Assembly (NCBI GenBank): GCA_040954595.2
Contig: CM082584.2
Span: 12,120,875 to 12,184,874 of the forward strand
Reading direction: 5' to 3'
Length of the DNA: 64,000 nucleotides
Source: Balanoglossus misakiensis
Lineage: Eukaryota; Animalia; Hemichordata
Every line of letters starts with the position of its first letter. Positions within the stretch are counted from its first letter, which is position 1. The translations under genes and the position numbers were made by a program. The notes beneath the pieces are model-generated. The model did no database searches. It worked only from the letters and a program-made list of their open reading frames with translations, and was not told the DNA's origin. Below, piece after piece: positions 10,318 through 21,262 of the stretch.

Positions 10318-13300
10318 ATGTCTGTTTCAGCAGGTGAGTATAAACAATGCACATGACTGTGATGTTATAATGTAGTCTAAATGTTTTGTTAAAAAAATAG
10401 AAAAGTGGTGTCAAACTTGCTTTAAAGGGGAAGTTCAGTGAAGCTGATTTTTAAAGGTGCTTGTTTTTGGTTCACTTAGTCAGGAAATATTTTTGCCATG
10501 TATAAGTCACACAATTTCTATTTGCAAAGATGGAAAAATAGAATTTTGCAGAAATTGTAGGACTTTTTCAACTTGCTGTATTTTGAATCATAGGTCCTGA
10601 AAAGTGAAAGATGAAAAAAAAATCACTTAATAATGTTAATTATCATATGCCTTTTGTGGGTTTCCATAGATACGGAGGAAGCGGTTGCTATCATGGAGAG
10701 GCTTCAGGCCAAGATGGCTCAGTCTGGAAACAAGGCGCAGGAAGACGAGCTGGCCGCAATGATCTGTATGCTGGACAGCAACCTCTTCAAGCAACTCCTC
10801 AACATCCAGGTGTCTATGCATGAACTCAAGGAGGAGGTGGAGAGTAAACGGTGTCAAGATCCGTCCGAGTTCCAACTGGATGCTGAGGGCAACTTGGTGC
10901 TGGCACCGGCGGTGGAGGAACGCCGTCACTACCCCAAGAAGCGCACTGCGGAGCAAAGGGAGGCAGAGATGAACAAGTACGCCGTGGCCAACGCTGCCTT
11001 CGACTGGGATGACACGGAAGAGCAGCATTCCGGGTACCTGGACAGAGAACCGGAGACGACTGAGGCTGTCGTGGAGAATGACGCCGTGGTGGAGAATGGA
11101 TCAGACCTGGCGAAATACGGCGCTCCGTTTCAACATGATGTTGCCATGGCAGCCCAGGGTAGAGAAGTGCATGTGATACAGCTGTACAAGCCAGAAGGAG
11201 GTGGGCTTGGTTTCAGTGTTGTCGGCCTGAAAAGTGAGAATAGGGGAGAGCTTGGAATATTTGTACAAGATATACAGCCAAATGGAGTTGCTGCACAGTA
11301 AGTCATCTTCATTGTCTCATCAGTTGAATATATACCCCAAGTATAGATATAATTCTGCTAGTGTTACTGGAAATGTTTTTATATCGTAATTGTATTAAAA
11401 CATGCATTTTTGTCATCTTTAGTTTATTGATACGAGTTTTCAAATTGTTACTGTTGTATGGATAAGTATATGAAATACATTTCCAGCCTTCTAGTGACTT
11501 ATTCTGGAGTTACTTTTATCTTTTCCAGTGATGGCCGACTAGCGGAAAGTGACCAGATTCTGGCAATAGATGGCCAGTTACTAGATTCCAGCATTTCCCA
11601 TCAACTTGCCATTGCAATCCTTCAGCAGGCTCAGGGCTTGGTGGAGATGGTCGTAGCCAGGGGTGGTATACCCAGCGTTACTCCAGTCCTGCAGGGATCT
11701 CCGTCACTGGATAGAACACCGTCAGCTGTAAGCTCTGTGTCACAACAGTCTGGCAGGGCATCTGCGGTATGTAACATTACGCTGAACAAAAAAAATATTT
11801 GGTTCAGATAACCTCCACAGTTTCTACCTGTTGATGCATCTCATTTTAGAGAAGTTTTTTTCTGCACATATTTATGCTTGTCTTCTGTTTTAACCTCGTA
11901 GTCACCAGAACCTCCAACTCTTAAGTGGGAACAAGTTGAGACTGTCACACTTCATAATGATGGAACAGGCCTTGGATTCGGCATTGTTGGTGGTAGAAGC
12001 ACTGGTGTAGTGGTCAAGACAATTTTACCTGGAGGGGTTGCTGACAGGGTAAGATGGAGAAGTTTTTTGGCCGCCTGAATAGCATTTTACTCAATTTTAC
12101 TTGAGAGATACAAATGTATGTAACCCGTTCGTGGCACCTATTCTCACAGGATGGCCATTTAAAGAGTGGAGATCACATCTTGAAGATCAGCGACACCAGC
12201 CTGGCCGGTATGAACAGCGAACAGGTTGCCTCAGTGCTGCGTCAATCCGGCACCACTGTGACACTGACCATTGCCAGGAACCCCATCTATGAACAGCAGC
12301 ATGTAGTGCAGCCGCAGATTGCGCCAACCATCAACGCTGCGACAGAACCGGAACCTGAAGTGGAGGAGGAGACTGAGCAGGAGATGGAGCCAACGCTACA
12401 ACTGGTAGATATTGATTATATTACCATCACAAATAAAGTCAAGCCCATTATTTGAGCAGTATTTAGTCAGTTCTTCCTATCATCATGTAGCATGTTTGGA
12501 ATGCACCATGGGTGTAAGATTTCAGACAATTTCTTTTGTCTCTACAGGCTGGTGATTCAGAAACTGAAGTGTTTGAAGTAGAACTAGTGAAAGACTCCAT
12601 GGGTCTTGGCATCACCATTGCTGGTTACGTAGGAGCAGGTATCGGTGGCAATGGTAAGGAAGACTTGAGTTTTTGTTTTCTAAAACTTTTCTCAGAAATT
12701 TGAGTATTACTTTCTTCAAGAACACCGTTCAAAAACTGATGAGCTGATTCAATGTTGTGCCAATAAAGCTGTAGAGCAAAATTTTCTTCTTGCATGAAGA
12801 TATCCTACCGCACCCACGCCCTTCATACAGAATGATGTACAACTTACATGTAGAAAGAAAGCATTGAATGATCTTTAAACAATGAATAACTATATACATT
12901 TTGTTTGACTGTTTTTCAGAGGATGTATCTGGCATCTTTGTGAAGAGTGTGGCCACGGGAAGCACAGCTGAGAGAGATGGTAGAATTCAAGTTGGCGATC
13001 AGATCATTGAGGTACAGAAACAAGCCACAAGTTACTGGTGTAGTGTAGTGATGTAGTGGTAACTTTGCATGCAAACAGCAGTAATGACAAACGGTGATGC
13101 TGTAAAAATTGTATCTGTATTGATGATTATTGTTGATTGTACAATATAGGAGCAATGTAGGAGTTACAACATCATGGTTTTCAACTTTTGTTAGGTTGAT
13201 GGCAAGAGCTTGCAGGGTTTCAGTAACAAGGAGGCAGTGGATGTGTTGAGACATACAGGCACAGTGGTGAGAATGAAACTGAGGTCTGGGGGTAGTACTG

Positions 13301-16300
13301 TAGAAGAGCCACAACCACAGCCACCACCTCCCCCACAGTACGGTGAGTAGTGTACATCATGAAAAGTGAAATTTGATTCAAAGAAATCCTGGAAAAGTGA
13401 TTTTTGTCCACCTTTACTTGATAAAATGTTGATCACCATCAGAAAAGAGACAATCTTAGCACAAGTTCTCGGAAAATTGCATTTTTTTATTTCAAAAACC
13501 TGTTTGAATCACTTAAAGGATTCCCTGTAAGTCCTAGTATTTTAATGACATTGAATGTGCAATTTTCCACTCTGAGTGCTTTTTTGCTTTTCCCGCTCAG
13601 AGATGCCAGGCCCACCAGCAGCGTATTTACTGGCAGGTGGTGATGATGAGTTTGGAGAATCTCAAGTCAAACCACCTGCTTATCCACCTCCTGATGGCTC
13701 ACTCGAACCGAAATACGTAAATACAAATTACCCAGGAGAACTACAACAACCGTCATTCAAGCAGCCAATGCCGGTGGATGTTATTCCGGTGGCGTACATG
13801 CAGGATGATTACAGTAAGTGGGAGTTTGGAAGTAATCGGCTTTGGCAAGTTAGTGTGCATGTGAAAGAATACAGATAGTGTATTGTCAGGCCATAAGTAC
13901 ATGTAAGTGTCCATTTTTATCCTTCCAAAATTAATTCATAAAATCATTGGTTTATACATACACATGTTAACATTGATATTTATTTTGTTTCAGTTGGTGA
14001 ACTGTCTGCAGAAGCAGAGGCAGGCATCATTGCTTACTGGCAGAGTATACTTGGACCAGATTCTATAGTAGTGGTAAGTATTTGATTAAGAAATTACAGG
14101 ATAGAGCAATCTACAAATGGTAAAATACCGGAAGAATCATTTCTGAGAACTGTCATCCTTCTGTTTTCCTCCACAGGTTGCTCAGATTTCCAAGTTCCGT
14201 GAAGGTGGCGGTCTTGGAATAAGTTTAGAAGGAACGGTCGATATTGAAAATGGTGAAGAAGTTCGGCCACATCACTACGTGCGGTCCATATTGCCCGATG
14301 GACCTGTCGGTCAGAATGGGAGATTAGAGAGTGGAGATGAACTCTTGGAGGTAATTATTGCATATTTGTAGGTTTTATTTAGGTGAATGAGTTGATCAGA
14401 AGATTGTTTATGGATTGTTTTTTATCACAGTTTTTTGTGATATGGGGACTTAAAAATGTGTTCAGTATAGACAGGGTTCTATATTAGAGATTAAGGATGT
14501 ACGTTCAGTAAAATTGAAAGTATTGTCATTTTTTTTATTTGTGGATTTTTGGATTCTCCTTTGTATGTATAATGAAAATCCGTAATAAAATATAGGGGTC
14601 ACCGCGCTTGTTTTTGAAATACAGAGCCTTGAATTTAGTCGATAATAGAAGAAAACTGCTGACTCAGCATTTTTCACCAATGGTTTGTCTATGGGCAAAA
14701 TTTTTGACGCAATTTATCTCAAAATAGAGCGCGGTGACCCCTATATTTTATTTGACCAATGAATTTATATTTGCTGGACTGAGCTATGTGTAAAATTTTG
14801 TGAAAATGACAATAGTAGAAGTTTGTTTTCTAGCAATTTTCAATGTAATCCTATGGGAAAAAGACCGGGCGCGCACTGTTTCCGGTTTATGTTCTGCGCG
14901 TACATCCTTAAACAGGTTTCTCTGCACATGTATTCACTACTTGCATGCATGATTCCTACACCAGGTGAACGGCACTCAGCTGCTTGGACTAAACCACGTT
15001 GATGTCATCAGCATTCTGAAGGAGCTGCCGATGCACGTGCGCATCGTGGTTGCCCGGCACCCTCATCCGGTGTTCTCGGAGGCCACAGAACCAGAAGTCA
15101 AAGCTGCGCCGTCACCGCTCTCGCCGCAGCTGACGACCAGCGAGCCCAACCTGATGGCTGCTCAAGTGGCTGGGGAAGGGATGATGAAAGCGCAGTCCGA
15201 GTTGTCCTTGCCAGTGACAGAAGTCAAACCAGCAAGGACCCTGGATTCATCAGCAGGCCTGGCTATGTGGAGCGATGAAGCCACTGAGATCGTACTCATC
15301 AAAGGAGACAGAGGTTTAGGCTTTAGTATTCTAGATTACCAGGTGAGTAACCCACTGAGACTGGTTAGAGAGATAGGACTTGTGTTTGGACTTTGAAAGC
15401 TGTGGTATGGTGCAGTGTAAAGGGGTTAATTTTCACTGATAGATAGGATGTATGATTGCAAGAGAAGTATGACCTTTGACGGCTCAGATAAGATAAACTC
15501 AAAGCTCTGAATGTCATTCCTCTGTTTCCATAGGACCCTATGAACCCAGAGGAAACGGTCATCGTCATCAGAAGCCTTGTAGCAGGTGGTGTGGCTGATC
15601 AGGACAGTCGTCTGATCCCCGGCGACAGACTGGTCTATGTCAACGACACTGAACTTGAAAACTGCAGCTTGGAGAGAGCTGTGCAGGCTCTGAAAGGCGC
15701 TCCGAAGGGCCCTGTGAGGATCGGTGTCACAAAACCGTTGCCAATTCCGGATTCGGCTGAAATGGAAAAGGTATAGTGCATATCATGGAAATATTTCTTC
15801 ATAGTGATCAGGTTTTCACGAGTCTATCTCAATCCAGTTGTCAATGAAGGGTTACAAAACTCATACTTCAATCCCTTCCAGGATGTATGGAACATTACTG
15901 CATCACAAGGGTTTTGTTTGACCCTAGCAGATTTGTCATTTTATGTATTGATGTATACTTGTCAGAAATTGTGTTTGTTGTAGGAAATTTCACTTTTCTC
16001 TTCCCTTTTCATTTCTCAGATACCATCGCCAGTGAAAGAGCAGCATATTGAACAAGCACTACCTACCCACGAGATTGAACTGACAGATGAAGAGAGAGAC
16101 TCAGAATCAGAGGAAACAATGGAGGTAGAGGCAGTCACGAGAGGTGCCTTTACCGTTGTTGCCAGCGGCGACCAGCCAGCACAGTCGTCTGCAGCGCTGG
16201 ATGAACAACGGAGAATAGAAGAAATAAGGCGGGAAGCTTTTTCTGCAATGAACCAGTATGCAGTGGCCACTGGACAACCTGCGCAGCAACCACCACCACC

Positions 16301-19300
16301 TCCGCCTGAACCCAAACCAGTCGACACGCCACTTTTCCGTGCTCCTCCCCCGCTCAACTATTCGTCTTCAGAAGAACTTGAAGATGAAGAGGAGGAAGAG
16401 AAGAAGAAGGCAGCGGATGAGGAGAGGGAGAGGTTGGAGGCTGCAAGGCGTGAAGCGCTGATGGCCATGAACATGTACGCTGGCGCCACTGGGAAACCAT
16501 TGGAGGTCCGAGTTCAGCAGCCAGTCAGGCAACCGTCTCCGGAACCAATCAGGCAACCATCGCCAGAACCAGTCAGGCAGCCGTCACCGCCTCCAAAGAT
16601 GGACAAAGATGATCTGAAGGAGAAGGAGGAACAGCAGAGAAGGCTTGAAGCAGTGAGACGAGAAGCTGCTTTGTCAATGAATGCCTATGCCGTAGCAACT
16701 GGAAAACCAGCGGAAGTTGTGCGGCAGCCAACGCCAGAACCGGTACTAGAAGTGGCGCCCCCGAGAGCCGAAGAACTGGAGAGGATCGAAACGATGAGAG
16801 CTGAAGCACAAATGGCCTTTGATGTCGCAACAGGAAAGGATGAACCGCAAGACATGGACATTGTGTGTGCAACACCCATAATGATTGAGGTAAAAGAACC
16901 TGAACAAATTAAAGACAGTGTGGTTAAGGTGCAGCAAGTTGAAGCTGTTTATTCACAGGTAGATCTAGATGAAGACGAAGATGAAAAAGAAGATTCTTCG
17001 AGCAGATCTGTGTCGACGTCAGCCAGTGAAGAAAGTGACCATTCTGAAGTGGACGAAGAGATTGAAGAATTAGCAAGAGTCCCAGCTCAGTTTGAAGATG
17101 AGGAAACTAGAGAGCGTTCTTCATCATATTCATCTTCATCGTCTTCAGCTGGGGATGTGGAGTATGTAGAGGAGGAGGCAGAGGAGGGGTATCCTAGCGA
17201 TGTTGATGTGATTCCTTTAGAGGACATTGAACTGGATCCGGTGGATTCCATTAGTGGTTCTGAGTCTGACAAAGAATTGCATGATTCTACTAACAACTTG
17301 CATGTCGGCGTCGTAAGGGCCGGATCGCTGTCGTCCGGCTCGTCCCACACTTCCTACTCAGCATCCTCCTCCGATGACGAGGAGTTCCAGATGGGAAGTG
17401 AGCATGACCCCGATATCTCAGAGCATGCTGAGGTTGATGTTGAAAGCCCCGTGCTAATGCAGAGTTCGTATGCTGTTCACGCGGATGCAGAGATCGAGGG
17501 ACTTGTCGATATTGAGGGTTTGCATGTGGAGCTGGAGTCTGGGGACCCGGGTGTATATCTGAAAACTCCTGATGACTTTGCTAATGCTGGATTTCAGGTA
17601 AAAAAGATAACAATTTATTTCAAAGTGTGGGGAGTTAAGGTGGTGGATCTCGTCAGGGCATGTACAATATATTTACTTCTTTACATGTTATAAATTGCAA
17701 ATACATTGGTCTACAACAAAAGTTAAATGAGGAACCTTGATGTGTTATTATCACATATTCACAAAGCTTATTAATAATAGTATTACTGACAAATTAACAG
17801 CCTGTTGTAGTCAGAATCTCACCAAAAAAATCAACTTTTAACCATTGACCTGGTACTGCCTCATGTAGTCTTTAATAATCGATTTGAAGACCAGTTGTAT
17901 GGACCAGTTTTAGATAAATGCGTCCTTTAGAACGCAACGTTCATTTGGTAACATTGTGTGTGTGTTTTCCATTTAGGATTCTGATGACAATGATGAAGAC
18001 ATTGAGGCTCCTCCACCCTTGCCGATGGGACCCCCTCCACCTCTTCCATTTGTTCCCCCACCTCCCTATGCTGATCATAGAGCACCGGAAGCAGACAACT
18101 TCCAGGAACCCATCTCTGTCTACTCGGGCGCCAGCGTTGCCCAGGCAACCCTGGAGAGGCAGGAAGACATGTCGTCTTCGGGAGAGAGTCCCATCAGCTC
18201 CCCGGGTAGCCTGGATAGGAAGGCGTTTGTGATCCTGCCGGAATACATGGAAAGGACCGTCCGGTTGATCAAGGGAAATGCTGGATTAGGTGAGAGCTGT
18301 CTTTTCAAAATCGATCTACTGTGTGTGGTTGTGTCTTGCATGTGTCTAATCGACCTCTCCTGTCTTCTTGATTCTGGAATCTCTCCCCATCTATCGTTCA
18401 TTTTTGGTGGGTCAGTTTCATGAAAGGGCTGTTTGGTGTGGTCAACTTTGAAGAATATTGTATTAGGGATATCTGAAAAAAAGTGGTATATATGCAAATA
18501 GCTTGTGACTAGGTTTGGTTTCATGCATCAGACTGAAATCATTGGAATTAACATGCATATTGTAAGGGACAATTCATGGTTCTTGAAGGGGCAGATGTTT
18601 GCCAAAACAACATGGTGTATGGGAGTTGAAGAATCTGTTCCTGCATGTCACACCCCTCCTCCCTTCCTACCTTTCCCCTTCTCCAAAAAGATGCATTGTG
18701 AAGTCAGTCAGTGTTGATATATTGTCCTCATAAAGATTGTGTCTGTTTTAGTGGTAATGTTTGTGTAGAAACATGCATGTACATGTACATAATGTTGCAA
18801 GAGTTATGTTGATAAGTCTAGCAGTCTGAATTGTTTATTATTTTTATTCTTTGTACCTCACTCTCCTTACAACGCCAATTAAACTCTCCTCTTATTTCCC
18901 AAGACTTCTTTTTCCTACTTCTGCAATGTTGCATGAAGATTCTTTAATATTGCAATAAGCATGACAACAAGCCAAAGAATGCTGCATGATGCATAACCCA
19001 TTGTTGTGAAACGGAGAATAGTCAAAGCATGAACTGTTCGCCCTGTCTGCTATGAATGTACTACACCCATGTTATTGTCTATCCCAGAAAGTTGATTTCC
19101 AAACTAGTATTCTTACCCCATGGCAACAAATATCTGCATACAGTAAGGATCCTCAAGACACTGTTACTTATTTACAATGAAATGTAAAGTTGTTGATTTT
19201 ATTTAATAAACCCCCCTCCCCAGAAAATCACTCCACAAGTCAATAAGGTTATAATAATGATCACACTAAACATACTATTGCCCAAATGGGGCTAACATCA

Positions 19301-21227
19301 TTTTGATTATGAATGTTTTAACCAGCCTGCCCTTTCATCAACACAAAAGTCATCCACTGACACTAAAATGTTGCTAAACAACGATTGGGAATTAAAAAAA
19401 CAGACTTACCCCTGGTAGTAGAAGCTTGTCATCATTCACTGGTGAATTCCCACACATACATTTGTCTCGTCACATTACATCATACGTGGTGTCACACTTT
19501 CTTTGGTTCTGTTGGGTGATAGAGCAAGTTTATGTCACTTGTTCATTAAATGTGACCGATTCCCGTGTACCACATGGACCTCATGTGACTGCTCCAACAC
19601 ATGGTTGTTCCCGAAGCCATTGAATCTGGTGGTGGTAGTAAAAGCATGTTCTGAAACGGCAATACACTTCCATCTTCACGTAAGACTGATGCATGGCTCA
19701 GGATAATCACAGCGATTCAAATCGTAAATTTAGCCGTATCGCCTCCTGTCTATCTTAATTTTCAAATCGCATTTTCATGAAGCCCAGCAATGTCATAAAT
19801 ATTTTGGTATTATCATATTACATTGCTTTGCCATGCTCAAGTGTGACGGTATTTTGTTGTTTGTATTTTTGTTTTTGTTTTGTTTTGTTGTCCATTCAGG
19901 AATTACCATCCAGAGTCATCAAGGTAATCACAACTTCTTAGTTGTGTCTTTATTTTATTTTACTTAATTTTTATAATTTTAGGTTTTCAAGTCCATGACA
20001 AAGTATCTGGATTTTTATTTTATTTTATTTCATGTTGATGTTTACATCTTTTCATTATCAAAGTGTCAAGCTTGCATCACATTATGCCATACATTTGGTC
20101 ACTACATTGTTGTGTACATACTTTTACATACTTTTAAACTGGCGTTTGCCTGAAGTTCCTCATTTACTATTCACAAGACTGTCACTGTCAGGGAGGGGAT
20201 TAAGATGAATATTTCTGGCATAGTTTCATCAAGATTTGATAGAATACCGTTCGTCTCAGTACTCGACTGAGAGCTCTCTCTTTCTCTCTTTTTTCTGTGC
20301 TGATGAACTATGGTAGCAAATCTTGCAATGTTTTGTCTAAGCAGAAAGGATCTAAAATACATGTATTAAAGATACCTTTCTATACTGAAGGAATATTGAG
20401 TGAATGGAATGCATTTTTCAGAGTGTGTGATTGGTGTGTGCTTTCAAATACACTAACAGCTTGTGGCATTCAGAATACGCTTTACAGCTGACTTTTAGAT
20501 CAATTTTCTTGTGTCACTGACAGCGTGTAATGTGGTGAGAACTAACATTGTACACTCTAAGTGACGCTTGCATCAAATCACAAAGGATAGATTCAGAATT
20601 TTACATGTATGTCACTTAATCGTAATGACTGTCACTGTTTGTGATGACTTTGTTTACGAATCACCACCTAGCTCTATGAGGCAAAAAAGTGGCACTGATT
20701 TCTGTGCGTCAGTACAGCATGATGGTTTGTTCAATTATTGTTCTGTTATTTGCATCCCTCTCGGGGTGACTCAAGAACGTTCTGTTGTTTTTTACGTCGT
20801 CTCGTACGATCACATCCTTTGAAATAACTTTGATTACTTTAATGCCTGCCAGGTTTGATGACAACAGCTGAGAAAGGTAATGGAGTCATTGTGAAAACGA
20901 TCACCAGGGGAGGTATTATCGATCAAGACGGCCGCATTAAAGTTGGTGATTACATCACGGGTGTCAACAGGGAGTCCATGCGTGACCTGACCAACTCGCA
21001 AGCGAGATCTTTGCTGAGACGCTGTGCTCTTATTGGAACTGATATTCGGTAAGTCTGTTAATAATTCAATGTGTGACTCTTGTTTTGGGAGTTTGCTTGC
21101 TTTTGGCAAAGGAAGCAATAGTTTAATGATGATGATGATGATTGATGATGATGGTGGTGGTGGTGGTGGTAGTAGCGATGATTGATGATGAAGATGATGA
21201 TGATGATGATGATGATGAAGATGATGC

Positions 21228-21262
<35 letters not shown>

